Positions 54,083 to 64,000 of a DNA stretch of 64,000 bases are shown in pieces. The notes beneath the pieces were generated by a model. It saw only the letters and a list, made by a program, of their open reading frames with translations, was not told the origin of the DNA and searched no databases. The position numbers were made by a program, and so were the translations under genes. This DNA is from an uncultured Candidatus Saccharibacteria bacterium. GTDB lineage: Bacteria; Patescibacteriota; CPR2; UBA1875; CAIMLA01. Every line of letters begins with the position of its first letter. Within the stretch, counting starts at the first letter, position 1. The stretch spans positions 91,464 to 155,463 of the forward strand of contig CAZXMN010000001.1 of NCBI GenBank assembly GCA_964641375.1. Reading direction: 5' to 3'.

Positions 54083-55518
54083 AAATCTTCTTTTATCCTT
54101 CTCGCGGTCTTTTCACCGACAAGCATTATAAGATCATTGATCTCCGCCGATCTTATTTTATCAATACTACCAAATTTGCTAATAAGCTTTTTCTTTGTTT
54201 TCGGCCCGATACCAACAATATTATCTAGAGTTGAGCTAGTTAGTTCTCGAGAGCGCAAATTTCGATGATAGGTAATAGCAAACCTATGAGCTTCATCTCG
54301 GATTCTCTGTACTAGGAAAAAGGCTTCAGAATTTGTTGGCAAAGTAACTATTTTAAAATTACCGCTTTTGTCGATTGTGACAAGTTCTTCATATCGTTTA
54401 GCAAGTCCCACAAATTTCGTTGGTAAATTTAGCGGTCCAACTATCTCCATGACCGAGGAGAGTTGTCCTTTGCCACCATCGATGATTACTAAATCAGGAA
54501 TTTTGGCAAAAGAATCATCTTTTTTCGTTTGGGTAGATAGCCTTTTAAATCTTCTTTCGGCGATTTCTTGGTGCATGGCATAATCATCAATTCGTTTCAC
54601 GGTTTTGATTTCGAAACGACGATAATCATTTTTTTTCGGGATCCCTTTTTCGAAGACAACCATCGAACCGACCGCGGCACGGCCAAAAATATTTGAAATA
54701 TCATAACACTCAATTCGTTCCGGAATGTTCGGTAAATCCAATGCTATTTGGAGATCAACTAAAGCTTTGTCCAAACGTAATTCCCGCTTTTCTTCAATCA
54801 CGTGTTCAAATCTAATCCGTTCGAGCGCCCCGAGACGATCACGAATCTCGGCGGCTTTCTCATACTTTCTTTCCCTAGAAAAGGCTTTCATTTGCCTCGT
54901 CAAATCTTTCATTATGAGTTCCTTTTGCCCACCGAGAAAATTTACAAGTCCTCGAATGTTTGCCTGATACTCTGCAGGTTTAATGTACTTACTTCCATGC
55001 CCTTTGCAAAGACCTAGATGGTAATAGAGACAGACATTATCAGGCCCTAGACTACAGGTACAATACGGAAAAATCTTCCTTAAGTATTTGAGGCTGTTAC
55101 GAACAGCTGCAGTATCTATAAAAGGCCCTAGATATTCGTCTTTGCTGTCAACAACTTGCCTGACCACACTAATTCTAGGATAATCTTCTTTTGTGATTTT
55201 GATATAGCAATAATTCTTGTCATCTTTCAGACTGATGTTGAACTTTGGTTTATAACGTTTGATTAGCTCTGACTCAAGTACCAATGCCTCGATCTCTGAT
55301 CCAGCAATAATCCATTCTAAGTCTGCTATATTTCTCACGAGTTCAATTGTCTTGATATCGTGATCGCCAACAAAATAAGAACTAACCCTATTCTTTAAGT
55401 TTATAGCCTTGCCAACATAAATAATTCGACCTTTGTCGTTTCTATAAATATAAACGCCAGGGTCTTTGGGTAGTTTCTTTAGTTTTTCTTGAACAACTTC
55501 TTTGTTCAGAATATTCAT
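54079..55518 (-). CDS. uvrC: Excinuclease ABC subunit C (short form)
   Basis: N-terminal GIY-YIG (GVYIYRNDKGRIIYVGKAINLKNR), an endonuclease V-like domain and a C-terminal HhH. ATG at 55518. Confidence 0.85.
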   Translation of the reverse strand: MNILNKEVVQEKLKKLPKDPGVYIYRNDKGRIIYVGKAINLKNRVSSYFVGDHDIKTIELVRNIADLEWIIAGSEIEALVLESELIKRYKPKFNISLKDDKNYCYIKITKEDYPRISVVRQVVDSKDEYLGPFIDTAAVRNSLKYLRKIFPYCTCSLGPDNVCLYYHLGLCKGHGSKYIKPAEYQANIRGLVNFLGGQKELIMKDLTRQMKAFSRERKYEKAAEIRDRLGALERIRFEHVIEEKRELRLDKALVDLQIALDLPNIPERIECYDISNIFGRAAVGSMVVFEKGIPKKNDYRRFEIKTVKRIDDYAMHQEIAERRFKRLSTQTKKDDSFAKIPDLVIIDGGKGQLSSVMEIVGPLNLPTKFVGLAKRYEELVTIDKSGNFKIVTLPTNSEAFFLVQRIRDEAHRFAITYHRNLRSRELTSSTLDNIVGIGPKTKKKLISKFGSIDKIRSAEINDLIMLVGEKTARRIKEDL

Positions 55519-55539
55519 AAGCTTATTATATCACTTTCT

Positions 55540-55572
55540 CAGCTTGGGGTGCTACACTCGCACCCCAAGCTG
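55540..55572. other. Perfect 13-bp inverted repeat (CAGCTTGGGGTGC-tacactc-GCACCCCAAGCTG) between uvrC and uvrA
   Basis: Stem-loop overlapping the stop codon of the 89-aa island D ORF, about 25 nt upstream of the uvrC -10 box. Confidence 0.7.
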
Positions 55573-55821
55573 TTGCAGTTCTTCCGTGGTCCTCGCGATT
55601 CGCTCCAAAACGATTCGCTCTGTTTCCACAAGTTGTGGTAGCTTCGCAATTCTCGCTGCTCTCATCGCTTCCAACACTCTTGCGGTGCTATCAAATCCTG
55701 CCGTCCTATTTGCTTCTACTGCCTCTTTATTCTTGAACAACTTACCGAGCCAGGCTCTGTCGTACTCAAGAGAACGCAAGAGCAATCCAATCCGAGCAAG
55801 ATCGTTTGCCACGACTGCCAC
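55552..55821 (-). CDS. Hypothetical 89-aa helical protein (island D), GTG start
   Basis: ORF in a moderately GC-enriched spacer between uvrA and uvrC. Ala/Arg/Leu/Glu-rich. The SD is weak. Its coding status is uncertain. Confidence 0.3.
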   Translation of the reverse strand: MAVVANDLARIGLLLRSLEYDRAWLGKLFKNKEAVEANRTAGFDSTARVLEAMRAARIAKLPQLVETERIVLERIARTTEELQQLGVRV

Positions 55822-55847
55822 CTCCCAAGGTGACGTGCTACGAGGTG

Positions 55848-58658
55848 CTATTTAAGGACTTTGGCCAAGTATTCACCGGTATATGAACCTGGTTTTTTCG
55901 CTACTTGTTCAGGTGTACCTACGGCGACGACTTCACCACCACGGTTACCACCTTCGGGGCCAAGGTCGATTATCCAATCTGCGCATTTGATTACTTCAAG
56001 GTTATGTTCGATGACAAGTACAGTATTTCCAGCATCGACAAGCTGATTTAGAACCCCCATTAATCGGTTTACGTCATCAAAATGTAATCCCGTTGTTGGT
56101 TCATCCAGAATATAAAGTGTCTTACCTGTAGAACGTCTCGAGAGCTCGCTGGCAAGCTTAACGCGTTGAGCTTCGCCGCCGGAAAGGGTTGTGGCTGGCT
56201 GTCCGAGACGGATATAGCCAAGTCCAACTTCAACTAAAGTGACTAATTTACGTTTGATTTGAGGAATATTTTGGAAAAAATCATAAGCTTCATCTACTGT
56301 CATATCGAGAACGTCAGAAATATTTTTGCCCTTATAATGAATTTCTAGGGCCTCTTTATTATACCTTTTTCCACCACACTCTTCACAAGTTACGTAAACG
56401 TCAGGGAGAAAATGCATCTCTATTTTGAGTATGCCCTCGCCTCGGCATGATTCACAGCGTCCACCCTTCACATTGAAACTGAAACGACCTTGTTTGTAAC
56501 CGCGGATTCTAGCTTCTGGTGTCCCGGCGAAAAGGTCTCGAATATCCGTAAACACACCGGTATAAGTTGCTGGGTTTGAACGTGGTGTTCGTCCAATTGG
56601 TGATTGATCAATATCAATAACTTTATCTAAATATTTAAGCCCTTGGATTTCCATATGCTTGCCAGCCGGCTCTTGCGCGTGATGAAAAACCTGTGAAAGT
56701 CTTTTCGCAAGAATGTCATTTACAAGACTAGATTTACCAGAGCCAGAAACCCCCGTAACAAGCACCAATCTACCAAGAGGGATGGATACGGTTACATTCT
56801 TTAAATTATTTTCGGCAGCACCAACAACAGTGATTTCTTTACCATTACCTGATCTGCGCTTTGCGGGTGTTTGAATCACCTTGGTGCCAGAGAGATATTG
56901 ACCTGTTAAGGAATTCTTATTGGCTTTGATTTGGGACGGCGTCCCTTCTGCGATGATGTGTCCGCCGTGTTCGCCTGCCCCTGGGCCGACATCAATAATC
57001 CAATCAGCTTCGTTCATCGTATCTTCATCATGCTCAACAACAATTACGGAATTACCAAGATCACGAAGATTCTTGAGTGTTTCAATCAAACGATAATTAT
57101 CACGCTGATGTAGACCAATTGATGGTTCGTCTAGAATATAAATAACACCCATTAGCGAAGAACCAATCTGAGTAGCAAGCCGAATTCTCTGAGCTTCGCC
57201 ACCAGAAAGTGTATTTGCCGCACGGTCAAGCGTCAGGTAATTTAAACCAACGTTTATAAGAAATCCAAGTCTTTCCTTGATTTCTTTCAAGATTTGTTTC
57301 GATATTTTAGCGTCACGTTCGTTAAGTTTAAGATTATCGAATAGCTGGATCGTTTCGTCTATCGGTATGATTGTTATCTCATAGATAGATTTATTATCTA
57401 CCGTAACAGCTAAAAACTCTGGTTTTAATCTTTTCCCTTTACACTTTGGACAAATGCGAAGAGCCATGTATTTCTCAATTTCCTTACGGACATAATCCGA
57501 ATCTGTTTCGTGATATCGGCGTTCCAGGTTTGCTATTACGCCCTCGTAGGTCGCTTCATAAGTTCTACTCCCCATGTGAATTGTGAAAGTCTCATCGCCA
57601 GTACCGTACATAATGATATCAATTGCCTTTTCACTGAGGTTTTCTACCGGTTCATTGACCGAGAAATTATACTTTTCACCAACCACCTCAAGAACTTTGG
57701 AGTACCAACTCATTCGGGCCGTCGTACGACTCCAAGGGCGAATAGCGCCCTCCGCAATGGAAAGCCTCTGATTCGGCATTACGAGTGTCGGATCTATTTC
57801 TAGCTTAGTTCCGAGGCCGGTACAAACCGGACACGCTCCGTGAGGGCTATTGAAAGAGAATGATCGCGGAGAAATTTCCGGTAAACTGATGTGGCAGTTC
57901 GGACAAGCGAAATTTTGTGAGAAAACCTGCTCTTCGTTCTTATCATTGTCGAGATAAATCATCACTCCTTCGCCCAAATTCAAAGCGTTTTCAACAGATT
58001 CTGTAAGTCTTTTTTCAATCTCTGGTTCAACAATGAGGCGGTCAATTACAGCTTCAACAGTGTGTTTTTTATTTTTATCAAGTGAGAGTTCTTCGTCAAC
58101 ATCATAAATCTTGCCATCTACCCGCGCACGCGCATAACCGGCTTTTTTGAGACCTTCAAAAACGTATTTATGAACGCCTTTCTTATCTTTGATGATAGGA
58201 GCAAGAATCATAAAGCGTGTATCAGCTGGCATAGACATAATCTGTTCGACGATTTGTGGGATAGTTTGTTTGGCAATTACCATGCCGCAAACCGGACAAT
58301 GAGGCACGCCGACACGGGCAAAAAGCAATCTGAGATAATCATAAATCTCAGTTACGGTACCGACTGTCGAACGTGGGTTTCTCGTTGTTGATTTCTGATC
58401 AATAGAAATAGCCGGGGATAGACCTTCGATTTGGTCCACATCCGGTTTTTCCATAAGTCCCAAGAATTGTCTAGCATAACTAGACAAACTTTCGACATAA
58501 CGACGCTGCCCTTCAGCATAAATCGTATCAAATGCGAGAGAAGATTTACCGGATCCTGAGAGACCAGTAATGACTACTAATTTGTCACGAGGAATAGTGA
58601 CATCGACATTTTTCAGATTATGTTCGCGAGCACCACGGATAACGATATTTTCGCTCAT
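55848..58658 (-). CDS. uvrA: Excinuclease ABC subunit A
   Basis: 936 aa ORF with two ABC ATPase modules ([20 protein letters not shown]), LSGGE signatures and zinc fingers. Confidence 0.95.
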   Translation of the reverse strand: MSENIVIRGAREHNLKNVDVTIPRDKLVVITGLSGSGKSSLAFDTIYAEGQRRYVESLSSYARQFLGLMEKPDVDQIEGLSPAISIDQKSTTRNPRSTVGTVTEIYDYLRLLFARVGVPHCPVCGMVIAKQTIPQIVEQIMSMPADTRFMILAPIIKDKKGVHKYVFEGLKKAGYARARVDGKIYDVDEELSLDKNKKHTVEAVIDRLIVEPEIEKRLTESVENALNLGEGVMIYLDNDKNEEQVFSQNFACPNCHISLPEISPRSFSFNSPHGACPVCTGLGTKLEIDPTLVMPNQRLSIAEGAIRPWSRTTARMSWYSKVLEVVGEKYNFSVNEPVENLSEKAIDIIMYGTGDETFTIHMGSRTYEATYEGVIANLERRYHETDSDYVRKEIEKYMALRICPKCKGKRLKPEFLAVTVDNKSIYEITIIPIDETIQLFDNLKLNERDAKISKQILKEIKERLGFLINVGLNYLTLDRAANTLSGGEAQRIRLATQIGSSLMGVIYILDEPSIGLHQRDNYRLIETLKNLRDLGNSVIVVEHDEDTMNEADWIIDVGPGAGEHGGHIIAEGTPSQIKANKNSLTGQYLSGTKVIQTPAKRRSGNGKEITVVGAAENNLKNVTVSIPLGRLVLVTGVSGSGKSSLVNDILAKRLSQVFHHAQEPAGKHMEIQGLKYLDKVIDIDQSPIGRTPRSNPATYTGVFTDIRDLFAGTPEARIRGYKQGRFSFNVKGGRCESCRGEGILKIEMHFLPDVYVTCEECGGKRYNKEALEIHYKGKNISDVLDMTVDEAYDFFQNIPQIKRKLVTLVEVGLGYIRLGQPATTLSGGEAQRVKLASELSRRSTGKTLYILDEPTTGLHFDDVNRLMGVLNQLVDAGNTVLVIEHNLEVIKCADWIIDLGPEGGNRGGEVVAVGTPEQVAKKPGSYTGEYLAKVLK

Positions 58659-58744
58659 TTTGCCCCACCCCTTTAATTTAGCGTCAGAAACTCCACCATT
58701 CTACTATCAATGTCAAGATTTTTCAAGTGTATTTGACAGGACCG

Positions 58745-60811
58745 CTAAAGCGAATGTATTTGTTTGAGAGTTTTAGTTTTTTCTTTCTGGCCTTGAATAG
58801 AAGCTATCTGATCGCGAAGACTCGCAGCCCTTTCAAAATCTAAATTTTTCGCGGCAAGATCCATTTTTCTTTCGAGATCTTTGACCAGTCTGCTTAGTTC
58901 TTCCGCTGGAACCTTCGTAATATCAAATTCTGGTTCAGTTTCTTCTTCTCTCTTGTCGTGCAAGGACTCAGAGATGGCTTTCTGAATTGTCTGAGGCGTA
59001 ATGCCATGGGCTTGATTATATTCTTCCTGAATCTTGCGTCTGCGCTCTGTCTCGGCAATGGCTCGCTCCATCGAACCGGTCATTTTGTCGCCATACATAA
59101 TCACGCGACCGTCAATGTGCCTGGCAGCACGTCCAATTGTTTGAATAAGTGCTTGTTCGCTACGGAGAAAACCTTCTTTATCGGCATCCAAAATTACCAC
59201 AAGTGAGACTTCCGGCAGATCAATTCCTTCTCTTAGAAGATTGATTCCGACTATGACATCATATACCCCAAGTCTTAAATCTCTCAAAATCTCGGGTCGT
59301 TCGAGAGTATGAATATCGGAATGAAGGTATTTTACACGGATATCGAGTTCTGATAAGTATTGCGCTAACTCTTCAGACATCCTTTTTGTGAGAGTCGTGA
59401 CAATCACTCTTTGTTTTTTGGTGACCATTTTTCGTATCTCGGCAATCAAATCATCTATCTGCCCTTCGGTCGGTCTGACTTCGACTTTTGGATCCAAAAG
59501 TCCTGTCGGTCGAATTACTTGCTCCGCGACTCCCAAAAATTCTTTACCTTCTCGTCTAAGTTCATAAAATTCAGCGCTGGAGGTCACCTGGCCCCCTGTA
59601 CTGTGCGATAGTTCGTATTCGGCTGGTGTAGCCGATACATATACTGCTTGTTCCACATGGGTCTCAAATTCAGGAAAACGAAGCGGCCTATTGTCGAGTG
59701 CACTTGGCAGACGAAAACCAAAATCAACCAAATTCTGCTTACGAGCTCTGTCACCGTTGTACATCCCGCGAATCTGGGGAATGGTCATGTGGGATTCGTC
59801 GATCAAAACCAGAAAATCTTCGGGAAAATAGTCGAGTAAAGTTGCTGGTTCGCTGCCCTCTTCTCTATTTGTCAGATATCTTGAATAATTCTCGATGCCT
59901 GAACAATATCCAAGTTCATTTAACATCTCCAGATCATAATTCGTCCTTTGTTCAATGCGCTCAGCTTCAAGAAGTTTGCCCTCTTTTTTGAAAGTTTCGA
60001 CCCGAGCCATGACTTCGGCCTGGATTTTCTTTGTCGCTTCGGCAATCCTCTCTTTCGTCGTCACAAAGTGTTTGGCAGGAAAAATAGTTATTTCATCAAA
60101 CTGATTCAATATCTCACCAGTAAGTGGATTTATAAGTCTAATCTTCTCTACTTTATCGCCATAAAACTCGATTCTATAAGCTAGTTCTTCATAAGAAGGG
60201 TAAATGTCTAGGATATCACCACGAACGCGGTAGCTACCGCGTTCTAGACTTTTGTCGTTACGGCTGTACTGAATATCTGCGAGAAGTCGGAGTAGTCTAT
60301 CGCGTTTACGTTCTTCACAAACTTTAATTATCACTGACAAATTCTGATATTCTTCAGGGTTGCCAAGGCCATAGATACAGGAAACTGATGCCACGATTAA
60401 CGTATCGCTCCTTGAAAGCAGTGCGCTGGTTGCAGCGTTTCGCAGTCGATCTATTTCCTCATTAATATCCGCATCCTTTTCGATATAGGTGTCTGTTCTA
60501 GGTATGTAAGCTTCTGGTTGGTAATAATCGTAATATGAAACAAAGTAATGTATGGCATTTTCCGGAAAAAATTCTTTAAATTCTGAATAAAGTTGGGCCG
60601 CTAATGTCTTGTTATGAGAAATAACAAGTGTCGGCTTCTGCATCTTCTCTACAATCTTCGCCATAGTAAATGTTTTGCCAGAACCAGTAACACCCAGCAA
60701 TGTTTGATGTTTGAGACCATTTTCAAGACCAGCACTAAGCTTAGCGATAGCCGTTGGCTGATCACCTTGTGGTTGAAATTTGGATTCTAATTTAAATTTC
60801 TTCTTTTCCAT
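58745..60811 (-). CDS. uvrB: Excinuclease ABC subunit B
   Basis: 688 aa ORF with GVTGSGKT Walker A, a helicase fold and a C-terminal UVR domain (LRDQIASIQ). Confidence 0.95.
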   Translation of the reverse strand: MEKKKFKLESKFQPQGDQPTAIAKLSAGLENGLKHQTLLGVTGSGKTFTMAKIVEKMQKPTLVISHNKTLAAQLYSEFKEFFPENAIHYFVSYYDYYQPEAYIPRTDTYIEKDADINEEIDRLRNAATSALLSRSDTLIVASVSCIYGLGNPEEYQNLSVIIKVCEERKRDRLLRLLADIQYSRNDKSLERGSYRVRGDILDIYPSYEELAYRIEFYGDKVEKIRLINPLTGEILNQFDEITIFPAKHFVTTKERIAEATKKIQAEVMARVETFKKEGKLLEAERIEQRTNYDLEMLNELGYCSGIENYSRYLTNREEGSEPATLLDYFPEDFLVLIDESHMTIPQIRGMYNGDRARKQNLVDFGFRLPSALDNRPLRFPEFETHVEQAVYVSATPAEYELSHSTGGQVTSSAEFYELRREGKEFLGVAEQVIRPTGLLDPKVEVRPTEGQIDDLIAEIRKMVTKKQRVIVTTLTKRMSEELAQYLSELDIRVKYLHSDIHTLERPEILRDLRLGVYDVIVGINLLREGIDLPEVSLVVILDADKEGFLRSEQALIQTIGRAARHIDGRVIMYGDKMTGSMERAIAETERRRKIQEEYNQAHGITPQTIQKAISESLHDKREEETEPEFDITKVPAEELSRLVKDLERKMDLAAKNLDFERAASLRDQIASIQGQKEKTKTLKQIHSL

Positions 60812-60851
60812 AATAAAAAGGAGGTGTTACCCTCCTATTCTAACACTTTAA

Positions 60852-61487
60852 TTATTTACTTATTTTGAACGTGGCTACTATTGTATCATAATTTTTGGAA
60901 TATTTCGTTAAATCATCAGTACCGATATAGAGTGTTTTGTCTCGAAGCGGTAGGATAATGTAAGCAAATTGTTTGCCACTCTTGTCATCAGTCCCAACAA
61001 ATTTCTTGCCTTTAATGGTTGATACTGTCACATCGGCTTCAGTCATAGGATTCTTTACATTCTTGTTACTATTCTCGGTATCAGTAAGTTTGCTCGCATA
61101 TTTTTCTTGAAAAACTTCCACGCGCAACGCTGGATATGGGCCAGCTACATCTTTGTTGAGAACTATTAAATTCGGATCGGCTAGGAAAGTTAATTCTGTA
61201 GCAGCCCCGACTTCCTGATTCACATTCGTGGACCAAACCTTTGGATAGCTGAATTCAAAAGAACCAAAAACCTCATCTGCCACATACTTGGTCGTCGTCT
61301 TTTCTAATTGAGCTTGAAAAGCTGCATTTAGTTCAGTTTGTTGCGCTGAAAGATTTGATTTGATCTCGTCAGCTTTTTGCTGATTTGCTGAGGCAAGTTT
61401 GACGCCAAAAAGCACTACAAAGATTATCGATATCAGAAACAAAGATCCGATAACTATCGTAATAATTCCAAGCGTTCTTTGACTCAT
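60852..61487 (-). CDS. Hypothetical membrane-anchored protein
   Basis: The likely start is MSQRTLGIITIV (single TM helix), followed by a soluble domain with no recognised family. The track ORF extends to 61526. Confidence 0.5.
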   Translation of the reverse strand: MSQRTLGIITIVIGSLFLISIIFVVLFGVKLASANQQKADEIKSNLSAQQTELNAAFQAQLEKTTTKYVADEVFGSFEFSYPKVWSTNVNQEVGAATELTFLADPNLIVLNKDVAGPYPALRVEVFQEKYASKLTDTENSNKNVKNPMTEADVTVSTIKGKKFVGTDDKSGKQFAYIILPLRDKTLYIGTDDLTKYSKNYDTIVATFKISK

Positions 61488-61678
61488 TATTTCTCTTCTT
61501 CTACGGTTATCGCTTGTACAGGGCAATTTAAAGCGACTTCTTCAAGGTCACAATTAGTACATTCCTCAGAAATAACGTGTGATTTGCCCTCTTCGTTTAG
61601 TTCAAAACATTCAGGGCAGGCGCTCACACATGATCCACAACCGATACATAATTCTTGATCAACGCTTACTTTTGACAT
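61487..61678 (-). CDS. Small ferredoxin (single Fe-S cluster)
   Basis: 63 aa ORF with the CIGCGSCVSACP motif plus distal Cys residues. Confidence 0.75.
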   Translation of the reverse strand: MSKVSVDQELCIGCGSCVSACPECFELNEEGKSHVISEECTNCDLEEVALNCPVQAITVEEEK

Positions 61679-61704
61679 ATTATCTCCTTCTCCACAATTG
61701 TAAA

Positions 61705-62385
61705 TTAATGCTTGTCTTTTCGCAACTTATTTGACTTGTCTTTTGACTCACTTTCGCGCCACTTTGCAATCTCAGCGTGGTTACCAGACTTGAGAACTTC
61801 TGGTACCGGTCTGCCTTTCCAAATTTCTGGTCTCGTGTAATGCGGATATTCTATACGACCTTCCTCGGAATGTGATTCATCCTGGTTCGACTCTTCGTGT
61901 CCAAGGACCCCCGGGATCAGCCTGGTAATACCATCGACGAGAACCATCGCTGCCAGTTCCCCGCCGGTCAGAACGAAATCACCAATAGAGATTTCTTCAT
62001 CTACAAGGTTTCTAATTCTCTCGTCAAAACCTTCATAATGGCCACAAATAATGATGTAGTCTCCGGAAAAGTCTGCCAACTCACGAAGTTTTGGTTGTAC
62101 TAGACGTTCACCTTGAGGCGTCATCAGGATTATTTTCGAGTTTTGGGTTTTGAGTTTCGATTTCGCTGATTCTAAAGCCGCAGCCATGACATCGACACGT
62201 AATACCATCCCTGCGCCGCCACCATAAGGTGTGTCGTCCACTTGTTTGCGAGCACCAATACCGAAATCTCGTAGATTAACAAATTCAAATTCGACCAGAC
62301 CTTTTTCCTGGGCTCGTTTCAAAATGCTTGATCCGAAAACGCCTTCGAACATTTCTGGAAACAATGTAATAATAACAATTTTCAT
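61705..62385 (-). CDS. trmD: tRNA (guanine37-N1)-methyltransferase
   Basis: MKIVIITLFPEMF...TPYGGGAGMVL..., the SPOUT TrmD family. Start at 62385. Confidence 0.92.
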   Translation of the reverse strand: MKIVIITLFPEMFEGVFGSSILKRAQEKGLVEFEFVNLRDFGIGARKQVDDTPYGGGAGMVLRVDVMAAALESAKSKLKTQNSKIILMTPQGERLVQPKLRELADFSGDYIIICGHYEGFDERIRNLVDEEISIGDFVLTGGELAAMVLVDGITRLIPGVLGHEESNQDESHSEEGRIEYPHYTRPEIWKGRPVPEVLKSGNHAEIAKWRESESKDKSNKLRKDKH

Positions 62386-62452
62386 AACTTCACCTATCAA
62401 AACGGAACCGATATAACGTTCTGGTTCCGTTTCACAATGTTTCTAATTTATT

Positions 62453-62806
62453 CTAGAGATCCAGGTCGGCCATAGGAGGTTCTTCATCCTCTTCGGTCAC
62501 TGGCTCTGCTTCTTTGACTTTTTCTTCTTCTCTAGGTGGTCTTGGTTCACCACCTTCTGGCTCTACAATTTTTAAATTGATTCTAGAATCGTTCTTAGCA
62601 CCCAACACTCTGAGAAGTGTTCGGATTGCTTTTGCAGTTTTACCTTCCTTACCGATTATTACCCCCATATCTTCTCTATCGACTGTGAGTTCGATGAGGA
62701 CGCCTAGTTCGTCAATGGTCCTTTTGGTTTCAACGGCTTCCGGTTTTGTCACAAGCTGCCCTACTATATATTCTACGAATTCTTGATCGGCTTCTCTTGC
62801 TGCCAT
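62453..62806 (-). CDS. KH domain RNA-binding protein (YlqC/UPF0109-like) with an acidic tail
   Basis: 117 aa ORF with the GVIIGKEGKTAKAIRTLL KH motif. Sits between rpsP and trmD. Confidence 0.8.
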   Translation of the reverse strand: MAAREADQEFVEYIVGQLVTKPEAVETKRTIDELGVLIELTVDREDMGVIIGKEGKTAKAIRTLLRVLGAKNDSRINLKIVEPEGGEPRPPREEEKVKEAEPVTEEDEEPPMADLDL

Positions 62807-62869
62807 TTAATACTCCTTTTTATGGCTCTAATTATATACTATTTGACAAAAAACAACAAAAAATCCTGA

Positions 62870-63346
62870 TTACTCAGGATTTTTTTCTGTATTCTCTTCT
62901 GCTTCTTCAGCTTTAGTCTCAATCTCTTCTTCCGCCTCGACCTCCGCTTCTTCCTTTATTTCTTCAGGTGTAGCTTCTTCTGCAGGTACTTCTTCATTAG
63001 TTTCTTCTGCGACTATTTCCTCAGATTCAGGGGTTGCTTCTACTTTTTCAGCTTTCACAACCGGTTCTTTCTTCGGCTTACTGACTTTCTCGGTAATCTT
63101 AACCCAATCAGGAAGTTTGACGCCATTAGCCTTTAAAAGTTTAGCAACTGTATTTGAAGGTTGTGCGCCCTTCTCTAGCCAAGCTAGGATCTCATCTTTT
63201 TTGAGTCCTACTTCTTTCGTATGTGGATTAAACCAACCAACATTCTCAATAATCTTTGAATTTACGAATCTTTTGGAATCAGCAACAACGACACGATATT
63301 GTGCCTGTTTTTTCTTTCCTACTCTTGTGAGTCTCAGTACGACCAA
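62870..63346 (-). CDS. rpsP: 30S ribosomal protein S16 with an acidic C-terminal extension
   Basis: MVVLRLTRVGKKKQAQYRVVVADSKR, the S16 N-terminus. About 80 aa of Glu-rich tail follows. Confidence 0.9.
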   Translation of the reverse strand: MVVLRLTRVGKKKQAQYRVVVADSKRFVNSKIIENVGWFNPHTKEVGLKKDEILAWLEKGAQPSNTVAKLLKANGVKLPDWVKITEKVSKPKKEPVVKAEKVEATPESEEIVAEETNEEVPAEEATPEEIKEEAEVEAEEEIETKAEEAEENTEKNPE

Positions 63347-63407
63347 CTTGTGTCTCCTAGTTATTACGCCTATGAATTTTAGCCTAAATTTGGCTTATTG
63401 TCAACGA

Positions 63408-64000
63408 TTATTTAGCACTTATTAGAGCGTCAGTTAACTTGACCGAAAGTAGTTTCGATATATGTTCGTCATTCATAGTAACGCCGTATAGTGAACTGGC
63501 TGTCTTCATTGTATCTCGATTGTGCGAGATAACAATAAACTGTGTCTTTTCCGCTAAGTCAGCTAGAATCCTAACAAAACGTAAAGTATTTGACTCATCA
63601 AGTGCGGCGTCCACTTCATCCAGAACACAAAAAGGGCTTGGGTTAACGGAAAGAATAGCAAAAAGAAGGGCCAGCGATGTCAATGTGCGTTCGCCACCCG
63701 AGAGAGCGTTCAGACTTTGAACACGTTTACCTGGTGGATTCGCCGTAATCTCAATACCGAAACTGCCATCCTCATCTTCCCCAAGTTTAAGACTAGCGTT
63801 TCCACCATTAAACAACATTGTGAAATACCTGCTAAATTCGCTGGAAATATTTTTAAAAACATTAGAAAATTGACTTCTTATACGGTCATCCAGCTCCAAA
63901 ATAACTTTTGCAAGGTCAGTCTTGGCATTAGTAAGATCCGTCACTTGAGCCGACATTTCTGAGAACCTAGTCTCTAGTTCGTTGTATTCAGCCTCAGTTT
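63408..64000 (-). CDS. smc: Chromosome segregation protein SMC, C-terminal head region (gene continues beyond window end)
   Basis: LSGGERTLTSLALLFAI signature and Walker B (FCVLDEVDAALD). The frame stays open upstream of 63956 through to 64000, with coiled-coil-like sequence. Confidence 0.85.
   Translation of the reverse strand, partial: TEAEYNELETRFSEMSAQVTDLTNAKTDLAKVILELDDRIRSQFSNVFKNISSEFSRYFTMLFNGGNASLKLGEDEDGSFGIEITANPPGKRVQSLNALSGGERTLTSLALLFAILSVNPSPFCVLDEVDAALDESNTLRFVRILADLAEKTQFIVISHNRDTMKTASSLYGVTMNDEHISKLLSVKLTDALISAK

Overview
The window is almost entirely minus-strand housekeeping DNA from a low-GC (about 40-45% by eye), small-genome bacterium. Long acidic C-terminal tails on RpoB, NusA, L19, S16 and a KH protein, orphaned operon fragments and a standalone substrate-binding protein suggest a reduced-genome (CPR/Saccharibacteria-like) lineage. 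This lineage assignment is inference. On the minus strand the content runs: the S10/spc ribosomal-protein block (rpsE partial through rplC, rpsJ), tuf, fusA, rpsG, rpsL, rpoC and rpoB. Next come an M42 peptidase, tig, trxA, tRNA-Leu, a ComEA-like HhH protein, recG and tyrS. A class A PBP is the only plus-strand gene. After it come murB, a PIN-TRAM (YacL-like) protein, nusA, a dCMP-deaminase-like protein, a frameshifted yraN, rnhB, rplS and dnaE. Then an M23 peptidase and a ligA-gatC-gatA-ppi-hyp-gatB-hyp operon, htpX, lemA and a LysM protein. A six-tRNA array follows, then an orphan SBP, secG, yvcK, a contiguous uvrC/uvrA/uvrB cluster, a hypothetical protein, ferredoxin, trmD, a KH protein, rpsP and the 3-prime part of smc. 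The most unusual signal is four short, visibly GC-rich (mid/high-50s % by eye) cassettes inserted into intergenic spacers of core operons: rplC|rpsJ, tuf|fusA, rplS|dnaE and uvrC|uvrA. Each carries small minus-strand ORFs with their own SD sequences and GC-rich stem-loops, and all four point the same way as the flanking genes. The tuf|fusA cassette encodes three tandem small single-pass membrane peptides, two of them clearly paralogous, with a 21-bp direct repeat just 3-prime of two of them. The rplS|dnaE cassette is a small-then-larger two-gene pair that looks toxin-antitoxin-like. These look like recently acquired, possibly host-derived or mobile, small-protein cassettes of unknown function and are the best candidate for an undescribed system here. 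Other observations: yraN is frameshifted in a (GA)n tract; L24 has a Cys4 zinc-ribbon C-terminus; a membrane-anchored protein with an RNxxxH (HEPN-like) motif is embedded in the gatCAB operon; and ligA and uvrC have TATAAT-N6-ATG (leaderless-type) promoter geometry.
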